DNA of 64,000 nt from Clostridia bacterium DTU022. Lineage in GTDB: Bacteria > Bacillota > Dethiobacteria > DTU022. The first letter of the stretch is position 1, and each line of letters starts with the position of its first letter. Shown here piece by piece: positions 29,064-39,604 of this stretch. A program made the position numbers and the translations under genes. The stretch is taken from positions 25,594 to 89,593 of the forward strand of contig LFRQ01000063.1 of NCBI GenBank assembly GCA_001512835.1, given 5' to 3'. Under the pieces are notes generated by a model. The model searched no databases. It had not been told where the DNA came from and saw only the letters and a list, made by a program, of their open reading frames with translations.

Positions 29064-29897
29064 TTGGATAATCCCCTGGAAGCAATTAAAAAGCGAAGGT
29101 CGGTGCGCACCTTTCATCCCGGCCCCCTCGGCCCGGCGGAATTGGATCGGCTCCAGGAGCTCTGCCGGGAGAGAAGGACGGGGCCTTTCGGCAACCCGGT
29201 ACGCTTCCGGCTGCTGGACTTGAGCCTGGTTTCCGAGGAAGAGCGCCGCCGTCTGGGAACGTACGGGGTAATCCGGGGCGCCCGCTTCTATATCCTTGCT
29301 GCGGTCAAAGATCAGGAGCGGGCCATGGAGGACCTGGGCTACTGCATGGAAAAGTTGATCCTGGAGCTGGTCTCCATGGGGCTGGGCACTTGCTGGATGG
29401 CCGGCACTTTCCGCCGGAGCAGTTTTGCCGCCCAGATGGACCTGGAGGAGGGGGAGTTGCTGCCGGCCATTTCTCCCGTGGGCTACCCGGCAGATCGGGC
29501 CTCCCTTACCGAACGCGTGATGCGCTACGGGGTCAGGGCTGACCGGCGGAAGCCTTTCGAAGAACTGTTTCTGGAGGCTGACGGTTCGCCGCTGACCCGG
29601 GAAGCCGCCGGATTGTACCGGGACGCCCTGGAGGCGGTGCGCCTGGGCCCCTCCGCCTCTAATCGGCAGCCCTGGAGGATGCTGAGGGATGAAGGGGGGT
29701 GTTTCCATCTCTTTCTCAAGGAAGACCAGGGCTACAACCGGGCCCAGGGCCGAATTCGGATCCAGAATATTGATATGGGGATTGCCATGTGCCACTTTGA
29801 GCTGGCGGCGGGGCAGCTGGGCTTAAAGGGCCGCTGGCTGCACCAGGCGCCGGGTTTGGCCCTCCCCGGCCTGGAGTATATTGCCACCTGGGCATAA
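29064..29897 (+). CDS. nitroreductase-family flavoprotein
   Basis: A nitroreductase-type N-terminus (KRRSVRTF) is present. A TTG start follows GGGAGGG. Confidence 0.75.
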   Translation: MDNPLEAIKKRRSVRTFHPGPLGPAELDRLQELCRERRTGPFGNPVRFRLLDLSLVSEEERRRLGTYGVIRGARFYILAAVKDQERAMEDLGYCMEKLILELVSMGLGTCWMAGTFRRSSFAAQMDLEEGELLPAISPVGYPADRASLTERVMRYGVRADRRKPFEELFLEADGSPLTREAAGLYRDALEAVRLGPSASNRQPWRMLRDEGGCFHLFLKEDQGYNRAQGRIRIQNIDMGIAMCHFELAAGQLGLKGRWLHQAPGLALPGLEYIATWA

Positions 29898-30196
29898 TGG
29901 AACAGCCTGGAAATTGCCTGCCGGCACCCCTTTCTAGGCGAATGATTTGCGCCCCCCGAAAATTTTTCGCCATAATCTCTCTTTTTGAGGGAAGGAAAAG
30001 CGCAATAATTGTAGAATAATCTTACTTAGCGGAGGGGAGCGGGAGCGCTTTTCCAAACGTTGTCTTGGTTGAAGTATTTGCCTGTCCATAGTGGTTTTAG
30101 AGCCTTTTTCTTCAGTAGTTGTGCAAAGTTGGCAGTTGTGGCACAAAGCCCTTCAACGGGGCAGAGTGCAGTAGAAACAGAGTTCTAACGAGAGCA

Positions 30197-30283
30197 AGCG
30201 AAATTCACGACGTTGTCGTGAATTTCGCTTCTTTAATAATAAAAAAAGAAAAACTCTCCAGCACAAAATACTGTGCTGGAGAG
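30197..30283 (-). terminator. two hairpins 3' of the alcohol dehydrogenase gene
   Basis: The hairpin 30254-30283 (CTCTCCAGCACA/TGTGCTGGAGAG) is followed on the minus strand by a U-rich tract. A second, perfect 14-bp palindrome lies at 30197-30227. Confidence 0.6.
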
Positions 30284-30333
30284 CTGAGGAATAAAGTATC
30301 CGGGCCGCCTTAGTTCCCAGGCATTGCCTTAGT

Positions 30334-31449
30334 CTAGTCCAGGAGAACGACGGGTTTAATCAGGTCTCTGGGCTTGTCCACCATCAACTGGAAGGCTTTT
30401 TCGATGGATTCCAGCCCCCTGAACCGATGGGTAATCATCTTGGACGGGTCAACCCGTCCGGCCTGCACGACGGCGATGAGCCGCTCCATGCGTTTTCTGC
30501 CACCGGGGCAGAGCCCGCCTTTTATTGTTTTGTGCCCCACCAAGGCTGCGGCCGCGCTCATGGAGAGGTTTAAAGAATCAACCCCGGTGATTACGTTAAG
30601 GTTGACCAGGGTCCCCCCGTTTTTGGTGGCGGCCAAAGCCAGGTCGATAGTCCTGTCATTTCCCCCGCAGACGATAACGGCATCGGCGCCCTGATTGCCG
30701 GTCAGATCCATGATTTGCCGGAGCACATCGCCGTCCTTGTAGCTGACGATATCGGTAGCGCCGTACTCCCGGGCGAGTTTCACGCAATTGGGCCGTGTTC
30801 CCAGGGCGATAATTTTTCCCGCACCCATGAGGGCGGACCCGGCCACCGCCATCAAGCCCACGGGGCCGATGCCGAAGACCGCCACTGTGTCGCCGAATTT
30901 AACCCCCGCCAGTTCCGGCCCGTGAAATCCGGTGGTCATCATGTCGGTGATCATCACCGCCGTTTCGGGAGCCATGTCTTTTGGCAGCAAAGCCAGGTTC
31001 ATATCGGCGGACCGCACTTTTACCAGGTTGGCAAAGGTGCCGTCTTCATAAGTAGAAAAACAGATCCCGGTATTCAAGCCGCCGGCGTGCTGGTGATAGC
31101 TGTCCTGGATATCGGGGTGCTTCCAGGTCGGCGTGGTGCAGGGGATAACTACCCGATCTCCCACCTCAAAATCCTGCACCCGCTCCCCTTTTTCGATGAT
31201 TTCTCCCACGCACTCGTGCCCCAAGATCCTGTTCATCAGCCAGGGCGCCTGAAGCTCGAAGGCAGAATGCACATCGGAAGAGCAAGGTGCGATGGCGATG
31301 GGCCTGACAATCACATCATCGGCTCCGCACTGCGGGGCGGGCTTCTCCATCCAGCCTACTTTGCCTTGTTCCAAGACCCCAAACCCGCGGAGAACCTCTC
31401 CTTTAATTCTGTTTCTCGACTGCAGCACTTCTTGGTTAACTACACTCAC
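30334..31449 (-). CDS. zinc-dependent NAD(P)-alcohol dehydrogenase (secondary-ADH-like)
   Basis: MDR-family motifs are present (GHECVGEI, GIGPVGLMAVAGSALMGA). A GTG start follows AAGGGGG. Confidence 0.85.
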   Translation of the reverse strand: MSVVNQEVLQSRNRIKGEVLRGFGVLEQGKVGWMEKPAPQCGADDVIVRPIAIAPCSSDVHSAFELQAPWLMNRILGHECVGEIIEKGERVQDFEVGDRVVIPCTTPTWKHPDIQDSYHQHAGGLNTGICFSTYEDGTFANLVKVRSADMNLALLPKDMAPETAVMITDMMTTGFHGPELAGVKFGDTVAVFGIGPVGLMAVAGSALMGAGKIIALGTRPNCVKLAREYGATDIVSYKDGDVLRQIMDLTGNQGADAVIVCGGNDRTIDLALAATKNGGTLVNLNVITGVDSLNLSMSAAAALVGHKTIKGGLCPGGRKRMERLIAVVQAGRVDPSKMITHRFRGLESIEKAFQLMVDKPRDLIKPVVLLD

Positions 31450-31762
31450 TTCAATACCCCCTTGCTGTTATTATTGCGTGTTTTGTGGTGTGTTTTGCAG
31501 CGTTGCTTTGCGGCGCTTTATAGTGGAGCGGCCTTGTTACAAAATTCACAAGCTGCCCATAAAAAATACCCCTGCTCCTGCGTGCATAGCACTGAACGGG
31601 GTATTGATTCTCATCTTCTCTTACCCTATTCTTTTGGCCAAGCTTATTGTAGCATAATTATTCCATTCAGGCAAGAACACAATTCGACAAAAATTTCACT
31701 TTTCCAGACTTGACCCCTGCCATGTTTAACATTTCCAGAACTGCCCCCTAGTTGCTGCTTGC

Positions 31763-33472
31763 TTACCGAGCCTGTTCCTGCTCCATGATCTTTCTCAGGT
31801 CTTTTTTGAGCACTTTGCCCACGCTGCTCATGGGCAGCTGATCCATAAACCGGATTATCCTGGGCACCTTATAGGGGGCCAGCTTATTTTTCAGAAACGA
31901 AACAATCTCCTGGCGCATCGCCTCGTCGCCCCGCCGCCCCGGCTTGAGGACCACCCCGCAAGCCAGGATCTCCGATCCCGGCCTCTTCGGATCGGGCAGC
32001 CCCACCGCTGCGGCGATATGAACGTCGGGATGTTTCATCAGCGTTTCGTCAACCAGGCGCGTGAAAACTTTAAAGCCGGAGATATTAACCATATCCTTGA
32101 CCCGGTCCACGATATAAAAGTAGCCGTCTTCATCCATAACGGCGATATCCCCCGTATAGATCCAGCCGTCCCGGAGCGTTTTCGCCGTCTCTTCGGGCTT
32201 GTTGTGGTAGCCTTTGGTGAACACCTGGGGACCGCGGGCGACCAGCTCTCCCGGCTCTCCCGGGGGCACTTCCTCGCCGGTGGCGGGATCCACCAGGCGA
32301 ATTTCTGTATCGCTGATGGGGAGGCCTACGGAACCGGCTTTCTTAATCCCGTCCCGGGGCAGCGCGGTCAGGATGGGACTGGTTTCCGTCATCCCGTAAA
32401 CCTCGATGAGCTTGCCCCGGCCGATCAGCTTCTCCAGCTCTTCGATGCTGTCCGCGGGAAACGGCGAGGCACCGCTGGCTGCGTACTGCACGTCGGAAAA
32501 ATCCAGCGCCCGAAAACCGGGGTGTTTTAAAAGCTCCAGGAAGAGAGTCGGGACATTGATCATGGTGCTGGGCCGGTATTTTTTTATGGCTGCCACGATA
32601 TAGTCAAGGTCTCGCGGATCCGGAACCAGCACCTGAGTGCTGCCCAAAGAGAAGCTCCACAGGGCAACAAAATTTCCCGCCTGGTGAAACATGGGGAAGG
32701 CGGAGAGGATGGTGTGTTCGCCTATTTCGGGGCGCATCCAGGCGGTCATCTGCACCAGCTGGTGGATCATGTTGTTATGGGTAAGGATTGCCCCCTTGGG
32801 CGGGCCCGTCGTCCCGCCGGTGTACATCATCAGGGCAGGAGCCTCGGGATCCACCTCTACCTTTACCGGTTCCTCGGGCATGGAGGACAGGGCCCTTGTA
32901 AAGGAGATTACTTCGCTCCCCGGCAGGGAAGTTACAGGGCCCGCGGGTATTTTTTTCAACAGCTTGCCCAGCAGCCTTTTCAGGGCGGGCAGGTAGTCGG
33001 CGATGGAGGCTACGATTATTGTATTTAGGTCCGTTTGGGCTATGATTTGCCTAACCTTTTCGAAGAAGAGGTCCAGGGTAATCAAAATTTTGGCTCCGGA
33101 ATCCTTGAGCTGGTAGGCCAGCTCTTCCGGGGCCAGAAGGGGGCTGACCCCTGAAAAGACGCACCCGGCCTTTTGAATCGCCAAAGAGGCGATATAACAG
33201 GCGGGTATGTTGGGCAAGTGTACACCGACGGTGCTTCCGGGCTCCCCGCCGTGCTCTTGGAGAAAGCGGGCCAGGCGATTGGAGAGGGCATCCAGTTCCC
33301 GGTAGCTGATCAATTGGCCCATGTAAATGAGGGCTGTTTTGTCGGGCAGCTTTTCAAAGGCTCTCCGGGCATAATCCCAATAGGAGAGCCGGGGATACTC
33401 CAGGCGGGGAGGGACTTCGGGATCGTACCACCTGAGCCAGGGTTTTCCCGCATAAATATTGTTTCTGGCCAT
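31763..33472 (-). CDS. long-chain fatty acid-CoA ligase (AMP-binding)
   Basis: The AMP-binding motif YTGGTTGPPKG and the C-terminal lid lysine region are present. AAAGGAG precedes the start. Confidence 0.85.
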   Translation of the reverse strand: MARNNIYAGKPWLRWYDPEVPPRLEYPRLSYWDYARRAFEKLPDKTALIYMGQLISYRELDALSNRLARFLQEHGGEPGSTVGVHLPNIPACYIASLAIQKAGCVFSGVSPLLAPEELAYQLKDSGAKILITLDLFFEKVRQIIAQTDLNTIIVASIADYLPALKRLLGKLLKKIPAGPVTSLPGSEVISFTRALSSMPEEPVKVEVDPEAPALMMYTGGTTGPPKGAILTHNNMIHQLVQMTAWMRPEIGEHTILSAFPMFHQAGNFVALWSFSLGSTQVLVPDPRDLDYIVAAIKKYRPSTMINVPTLFLELLKHPGFRALDFSDVQYAASGASPFPADSIEELEKLIGRGKLIEVYGMTETSPILTALPRDGIKKAGSVGLPISDTEIRLVDPATGEEVPPGEPGELVARGPQVFTKGYHNKPEETAKTLRDGWIYTGDIAVMDEDGYFYIVDRVKDMVNISGFKVFTRLVDETLMKHPDVHIAAAVGLPDPKRPGSEILACGVVLKPGRRGDEAMRQEIVSFLKNKLAPYKVPRIIRFMDQLPMSSVGKVLKKDLRKIMEQEQAR

Positions 33473-33886
33473 CTGGTCGGCTCCTTTCTAAAGATGAGAT
33501 CATTCCATGGTGCTGTGCCGGCTACAGATTTGCTGCCGAGTTGAATGCGGAGGTGGAGGACATCTGAGACAGCAAGTGGCCTGCAGGTATTGTTGACTTG
33601 GATTTTCTTGTAGTTCTATCTTATTATATTAAAAATTTTTAATTTTGGTAATTATATATTAAAATTGATTTAATGATATTTATGCTCCAGAATTGTGGAA
33701 GGCTGCTCCCGGAACGAAGAGATTTTCCTAGCCCTATTAAGCACTACTAGCCCAAAAATCCAAAGCCGGCCGGCATGGCGGCCGGCCTGCTGCCGCTGCT
33801 GGCAAAAGCCTTGAACTCCGGCGTCCGGAAGGCAGGTTGCCGAAAGCCGAGGGTTCCGTCTTTTGCTCTTTCCCGGATCCTACACT

Positions 33887-34124
33887 AATTCACAATTCAA
33901 GACCTGACCCCTGACATCTGTGACCCCTGCCACCTGCTTTCAAATTGCAAGACCTGACCCCTGTCACATTTCACATTTCAAGACCTGATCCGCCACTGCA
34001 TATTTACATTTCATCAAGACCTGACCCCTTCTACCTCATTTCAAGACCTGACTCCACAAAAATTCACAATTCAAGACCTGACCCCAATAAACTGCTAAAA
34101 TTCACAATTCAAGACCTGACCCCC
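33887..34124. repeat. array of seven REP-like copies (AATTCACAATTCAAGACCTGACCCC) in direct orientation
   Basis: AAGACCTGAC cores lie at 33899, 33949, 33980, 34016, 34053, 34073 and 34111. Spacing is irregular (20-50 nt) and the copies are degenerate. Confidence 0.7.
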
Positions 34125-34249
34125 TCTATATTTTTTCCGGCAGGAAATACCGCCTGGCCAAGGAAATTTTTATATGGCCGGAGGTCCGGGCTGTTTTCTT
34201 TTCCTTAAACAAGACAAGAAACGCCATTTTATGAACAGGGGGCGCAGGC

Positions 34250-35434
34250 GTGAAAAACAATCTGGTGATTACCGGCAAGAGGATCGTAACCCCCGAGGGG
34301 GAGCTGGAGGGCTATATCCTGGTCCGGGAGGGAATAATAGCCGAACTGAGCCGGGGAGCCCCGCCCCCAAACTTCTCCGGCGAGCGGGTGGAGGCGGGGG
34401 AGGGGTACGTGCTTCCCGGCTTTATCGACCTGCACCTGCACGGCTTTGGGGGACTGGAGGTGGGGGCCGACGCCGGCGACCTGCTGCAGATCGCCCGGGA
34501 ACTGGCCCGCCGGGGGATAACCGCCTTCCTGCCCACGCTGGTGCCTTTACCCCTGGAGCAGATGGCGGCGGTGGTGGAGGCTGTGGACCGGGCCATGGAG
34601 GAGCAGTCCCGGGCCCGGGAGGAGGGAAGGCCGGCCGGCGCGGAGATCCTGGGGATCCACCTGGAGGGGCCTTTTCTTAACCCCGCCAAAAAGGGGGTCC
34701 TGCGCAGCGAGTATTTTCTGCTTCCCTCGGAGTCGGCGATGGAGGCCCTCCGCTGGGGCGGTTCCGGAAAGGTCCGCCGGATTACCCTGGCCCCGGAACT
34801 GCCCGGCGCCCTGGAACTGATCAGGCGGCTGAGGGAAAAGGGCTTCCTGGTCACCGGCGGGCATACGGCGGCCACCATGGAGGAGACTCTGGCCGGGATC
34901 GAAGCCGGAATCAGCAGCGCCACGCACCTGTTCAACGGCATGGCCCCCTTTCACCACCGGCAGCCGGGCCCTGCCGGGGCCTATCTCAGCCAGCGGCGGG
35001 TTGGCTGCGAGCTGATTGCCGACGGAATTCATCTCCACCCCCTGGTGCTCCGCCTCGTATTGAAGTGCAAGGGGATGGAGGGCGCCTTTGCCGTCTCCGA
35101 TGCCACTCCCGCCGCCGGGCTGCCGCCGGGGAGATACCGCTTCGATGAAAGGTGGATCTCCGTGGACGAAGCGGGGGCCTGCCGACTGCCTGACGGAACC
35201 CTGGCCGGAGGCAGCTTTTCCATGGCCGAAATATGCGCCTTTTTGAACCGGGAGCTGGGCTTGACGGCCAGGGAGACCGCCTTGCTGGTCTCCACCAATC
35301 CGGCGCGCTGGGCTGGCCTGGCGAAGAGGAAAGGGGTTTTGGCACAGGGCCGGGAGGCGGATATAGTTATTGCCGACGGGCAGTACCGGATCCTGGGCTG
35401 CTGGATAAAGGGTATTCGCCAGCTGCCCTTTTGA
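34250..35434 (+). CDS. nagA: N-acetylglucosamine-6-phosphate deacetylase
   Basis: Amidohydrolase-type metal-ligand motifs are present (GFIDLHLHG, HLEGPF, HLFN). A GTG start follows AGGGGG. Confidence 0.85.
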   Translation: MKNNLVITGKRIVTPEGELEGYILVREGIIAELSRGAPPPNFSGERVEAGEGYVLPGFIDLHLHGFGGLEVGADAGDLLQIARELARRGITAFLPTLVPLPLEQMAAVVEAVDRAMEEQSRAREEGRPAGAEILGIHLEGPFLNPAKKGVLRSEYFLLPSESAMEALRWGGSGKVRRITLAPELPGALELIRRLREKGFLVTGGHTAATMEETLAGIEAGISSATHLFNGMAPFHHRQPGPAGAYLSQRRVGCELIADGIHLHPLVLRLVLKCKGMEGAFAVSDATPAAGLPPGRYRFDERWISVDEAGACRLPDGTLAGGSFSMAEICAFLNRELGLTARETALLVSTNPARWAGLAKRKGVLAQGREADIVIADGQYRILGCWIKGIRQLPF

Positions 35435-36091
35435 AGCACCCGGGCCGGCAGAAGGGTGGGAGGGAAGCGCCGAGGCAGCAAAGTCTCCCGGGCGCAGCGG
35501 CCGGCGGCCCTCTTTGGCCGGGTGTGCCGGATACAGAAACCCGTTGCCATAAAGGGAAGTCCTTTGGAGAAAAATCCTTTTGCTGCGGGAAAAGAAAGGC
35601 TCGCCAAATTAAAACCGCGGCGGCGACAAGGCAAGAGGCAGGGCAAATTCTCATATCTTGACAGTTAAACAAATTTAAATGTAAAATGTACAAAAATGTA
35701 ATATTAAAAATGTTATAGCCATAAATAGTAAAAATTCTATTTATTTTTCAATGGCTATTATTTGCGTACAAAAAGATAAATATTTCTTTCCTGCTCCTAC
35801 AAGAGAAGCCCACAGCTGGTATAAACACTTGCCTTGCGATCAACACGGTTAAACGGGCCCGATTTTTCCAGGTTTAAAACCTGCCTCAAGGGGGCAGTGA
35901 CAGGCTATTTTCTTGGCCAGAACATGGGTGGTTGAAGCTGTTGAAGAATTCAGAAGCGGGTTCAATACCCGCTAATATTTAATATTTATAGAATCCTGGT
36001 GGCAACAGGCTGTTTTCGATGAGGAAGCATCGGGAGATTAGCGATTTCTTTGCCAGGTATACTGAACTTTTCGGGGGGGGGTGGACTTAGG

Positions 36092-36448
36092 GTGAGAAGA
36101 GCGGTTCTGATCATCGGATTGCTTTTTCTGGTCATAATCTGGATCCAGTCGTTCCTGTTTGGGGCCAGCGGGGAAATAATTGATGACCACACTTTTGTTT
36201 GGGGCGGCATCCTGGGCCGGTTCGTGGCCATATTGTTTGGACTGGGAGCAGCGCTGGTTATGGTTAGACCTTTGTTCTCCGTGGTCATCCTGGGCTCGGC
36301 GGGAGCCCTGGCCATAGTGGTGGCCGCCTTCACCGGATTTTCCGATCTCTTCCTGTGGGGAATTATGGGGGCGGTGCTGGCCTGTATCAGCTATTTTGCC
36401 GAGAAGGAGAAGCGGGACAGAGACAAACAACAGGGCTACCCGCTATAA
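36092..36448 (+). CDS. small hypothetical membrane protein
   Basis: It has 3-4 hydrophobic helices. GTG 36092 is the likely start, with an alternative at 36050. No family was recognised. Confidence 0.4.
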   Translation: MRRAVLIIGLLFLVIIWIQSFLFGASGEIIDDHTFVWGGILGRFVAILFGLGAALVMVRPLFSVVILGSAGALAIVVAAFTGFSDLFLWGIMGAVLACISYFAEKEKRDRDKQQGYPL

Positions 36449-36797
36449 TCGTTTCCTGCTTCCTGGCCAACAACTGCTTGGCCTTTTTTCTTGCCAGGAC
36501 GAAGCCTCCTTGCCGGTCCTTGTCGGCGGCTGGTTGTCCGGCGACCCAACTACGTCGGCGCCGGGGAGCTATTTCCCGGCGGCGCTGCCTCGGCTCCGCA
36601 GAAATCCGCTCCGCTGGAGCCGGCAAGCCACCGCGCTGCCGGTGTGCCTGCGCAAGCCGCCGCCTCCCGCCGCAATCTTAATCTTGGCTTTTGGCGAACC
36701 CCCGCCCCGGAGCTCCCTTTAACGGTCTCCAGCGCCATCGCCGCGCAAGTCATCCACCGGCGCCATTCCCGGGGGTAATTTGACCTTGAACTTCAAG

Positions 36798-36830
36798 GCC
36801 CCTGCACCCGGCAGGGGCTTAAGTATTTTT
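36798..36830 (+). terminator. hairpin GCCCCTGC acccg GCAGGGGC followed by TTAAGTATTTTT
   Basis: Seen in sequence. It is immediately preceded by the palindrome CCTTGAAcTTCAAGG. Confidence 0.45.
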
Positions 36831-36960
36831 CATGCCGGACTTCATGGCCCGGAAAGCCCCGAAAGGAAGGCGAGAAAGGCTGCTTATCTAGATGGAGTTG
36901 CAGCAGATGCCGGCTAAGGGTGCGGCAGGCCGCGCTGCCGGTAAAGAGCGGAGCGCTTTT

Positions 36961-37728
36961 CTATACTTGCTCTTTGACGGGCACTCCCTGGGCCGCCAGG
37001 TACTTTTTCAGCTCGGGAATGGTGATCCGGCCGAAGTGGAAAACCGAAGCCGCCAGCAGGATATCGGCTCCCGCCTTGGCCGCCTCCAGGAAGTGCTCCC
37101 GGGTGCCGGCTCCCCCGGAGGCAACTACGGGGACCGCCACCACTTTCTTGATCCGGCGAATCAGGGGCAGGTCGTAGCCGGCTCTGGTCCCGTCGCAGGC
37201 TTTGCTGGTGGGGAGAATAATCCCCGCTCCCCTGGCGGCGGCTTCCCTGGCCCAGTCCACGGCATCTTTCCCCGTGGGGGTGCTGCCGCCGTCCACGTAG
37301 ACTTCGTAGCCCGAGGGAAGTTCTGGGTTCCGGTCAACATCCACCGCCACCACCACCCTTTCGCTGCCGAAACGTCGGGCGGCCTCGTCGATGAGTTGGG
37401 GGCGGCGGAAAGCGGCGCTGCTCATGGAGATGCGGTCGGCTCCCGCGGCCAGGACCGCTTCGGCATCAGCGATGCTGCCGATGCCCCCGCCCACGGTAAA
37501 GGGGACGGTGGTAACGGCAGCCACGCTGCGGACCGTCTGCAGCATCGTTTTTCGTCCCTGGATGGTGGCTGTTATATCCAGAAAAGCCAGCTCATCGGCC
37601 CCGGCGGCACAGTAGGCGCGGGCGCAAGCCACCGGGTCCCCGGCATCCTGCAGTTCAACGAATTGGACTCCTTTTACCACTCGCCCGTCCTTGATATCGA
37701 GACAGGGCATGATCAGTACATGTTCCAT
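36961..37728 (-). CDS. hisF: imidazole glycerol phosphate synthase cyclase subunit
   Basis: It is a (beta/alpha)8 HisF-type protein with the phosphate-binding motifs (GGGI, ASGGAG). AGGAGG precedes the ATG. No other his genes are in the window. Confidence 0.85.
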   Translation of the reverse strand: MEHVLIMPCLDIKDGRVVKGVQFVELQDAGDPVACARAYCAAGADELAFLDITATIQGRKTMLQTVRSVAAVTTVPFTVGGGIGSIADAEAVLAAGADRISMSSAAFRRPQLIDEAARRFGSERVVVAVDVDRNPELPSGYEVYVDGGSTPTGKDAVDWAREAAARGAGIILPTSKACDGTRAGYDLPLIRRIKKVVAVPVVASGGAGTREHFLEAAKAGADILLAASVFHFGRITIPELKKYLAAQGVPVKEQV

Positions 37729-37802
37729 GGTACGCCTCCTTGCTTGGGCCGGAGATGCGGCCGGGATAAGATGAGCCTGTCCAAGCGGCCGGCCATAAAC
37801 GG

Positions 37803-38450
37803 CTAAAGCAGGTGCCGGGCGAAAAAAGCGGATACCAGGCCGGCCATCTCTTCCTCGTAGCCTCCCCAGAAATGGTCGGCTCCTTTCACGATCTCCACGG
37901 TCCCGCCGCCGCTCCTCTCGTTTTCGGCCAGAATTCTATCTGTGGGGGCCAGGGGGTCCCGGGTGCCGCATACTATCAGGCGAGGAATGGAAACGGAGGT
38001 GGCGGGAATTTCCGGAGGAGAGACGGCGGCCACCGCTTTGACCCCTTCCCCTTTTTGCGCAGCGGCCAGGGCCACGGTCCCGCCGAAGGAATAGCCCATC
38101 AGGCCCATCCTGAAACCGTCAACGCCTTCCTGGCCGGCCAGGAAAGCCAGGGCGGCCCGGGCGTCTTCCACTTCACCCCGGCCATGGTCGTGGGAGCCTT
38201 CGCTGCGCCCCACGCCGCGAAAATTAAAGCGCAGGGCGGCCATCCCTTTTTCCACCAGGGCCTTGCTCACGGCGTAGATGACGTTGTTATCCATGCTGCC
38301 CCCGTACAGGGGGTGGGGATGGCAGAGGACTACCCCCGCCACGGGAGACCGAGGCCCCGGGGAGGGGGTGGGCGTAAGGAGAACCCCTTCCAGGTGCAGG
38401 CGGCCGCTATTTATGGTTACCTTTGTCCTGTTCATCGGAAACCTCTTCAC
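37803..38450 (-). CDS. alpha/beta hydrolase (dienelactone-hydrolase-like)
   Basis: It has a nucleophile elbow GYSFGG and a HCHPHPLYGG region. Confidence 0.65.
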   Translation of the reverse strand: MKRFPMNRTKVTINSGRLHLEGVLLTPTPSPGPRSPVAGVVLCHPHPLYGGSMDNNVIYAVSKALVEKGMAALRFNFRGVGRSEGSHDHGRGEVEDARAALAFLAGQEGVDGFRMGLMGYSFGGTVALAAAQKGEGVKAVAAVSPPEIPATSVSIPRLIVCGTRDPLAPTDRILAENERSGGGTVEIVKGADHFWGGYEEEMAGLVSAFFARHLL

Positions 38451-38544
38451 CTTCCATGATACTAACTAAGGGGTTATACTTTTCCCCGCCAATTCCTGCC
38501 CCGGCATAAAATAAATAGTGAACCGGAGGAGCGGCGACTTTGGC

Positions 38545-39489
38545 TCATCGGATTGTATGCTTGCGGGTTACTTTGCGGTAGTATCTTCTTCCATGCAGGT
38601 TTTGGTAGCTCCAGAAAAGCTTGAACATGGGGTGAAGGTCGGGAATCCAGAACCGTTCAGGAGCTGTTTCCGAAGGTTCAACCCGGCCCGGTTTTATTTT
38701 GGCCGTGACTATGCCCTCTCCTTCAGACTGTTTTCGCCGGGCCAGGATCTTTCCCCGCCCGTCGACAATCTGAGTTTCTCCCAAGTAATAGGAACGGTAG
38801 GTCAAACCCGGAAGCCAGGGGGTATGGCATTCGAAGCTTCCGGCATGGGCGGCATGGACAAAGGGGACGCCCAGGATGCGGGCCATGCGGGCCGGGGCTT
38901 CCTCCATTAGCTCCCGGTTGATCCGGATCAACTTTTTTTTCAGGGGCAGCGGGATCTTCTCCGGCAAGGTCCACCAGCAAGAACCTCCTACCAGCAAGTC
39001 AATTTTGGAACGAAGCCTTCGGGCCGTTTGGGTACGGATAAGCTCCCAGCACAAGGCTACTCCCCAAGGGCCCAGGGGAGTCTCAAGGATTCCGGGGTCG
39101 CTGCCGCCCCGGTAATAGCAATTTTCCCACATGGTGGGCAGGTCCTTGTCGTGGGAATAATAACTACCGTCGGGAAAAGCCAGGACAAAAGTGTTGTAGC
39201 GTTCGCGGTCCTGCTTGATGGCTATGAAAGAGCCGCCCACCGGCCGGTTGTAACGCCTGGCTTTGTCGCAGAGCAGCTGCAGCGCTCTCCCCTCCAGGGG
39301 TAGGGCGGCATTCAGAAGAGAGGGGTGAAAAGCGATTCCCGTGGTAAAAAACTCGGGAACTATTACTAAATCCGCTCCCCGGCGAAAAGCATCATCGATT
39401 AAATTATTGGTTTTGGCCAAATTATAATTCACATCTCCCAGGCGAGCCTCCAACTGAACCGCCGCCGCGGTAAATTCAACGCCGGACAT
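38545..39489 (-). CDS. carbon-nitrogen hydrolase family protein
   Basis: The EK…C triad context is present (VIVPEFF…, ALCWE). ATG 39489 follows GGGGGGA. The stop codon lies inside a copy of the second dispersed repeat. Confidence 0.75.
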   Translation of the reverse strand: MSGVEFTAAAVQLEARLGDVNYNLAKTNNLIDDAFRRGADLVIVPEFFTTGIAFHPSLLNAALPLEGRALQLLCDKARRYNRPVGGSFIAIKQDRERYNTFVLAFPDGSYYSHDKDLPTMWENCYYRGGSDPGILETPLGPWGVALCWELIRTQTARRLRSKIDLLVGGSCWWTLPEKIPLPLKKKLIRINRELMEEAPARMARILGVPFVHAAHAGSFECHTPWLPGLTYRSYYLGETQIVDGRGKILARRKQSEGEGIVTAKIKPGRVEPSETAPERFWIPDLHPMFKLFWSYQNLHGRRYYRKVTRKHTIR

Positions 39490-39604
39490 AGAATCCCCCC
39501 GCCCAATGAAAATAAAATAAAAATTCATTTATTTTAGAATTGTAGCACATAGACCCGGTCAAGACAAAAACAAAATCTCGGGAGGGAAAAGGATAAATTC
39601 CTCA

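Noticed and set aside
33887-34124. CRISPR-like appearance of the seven-copy repeat array
   Set aside because: The repeats are degenerate (TGACCCC, TGATCCG and TGACTCC variants) and spacers are irregular at 20-50 nt. No cas genes or leader are present, and the unit is the same REP element that flanks the RAYT gene. I read it as a REP array, not CRISPR.
36355-36900. Several overlapping 70-110 aa ORFs in the GC-rich gap downstream of hisF
   Set aside because: They are low-complexity Arg/Ala/Pro-rich in every frame and mutually overlapping, with no RBS. I treated the region as non-coding.
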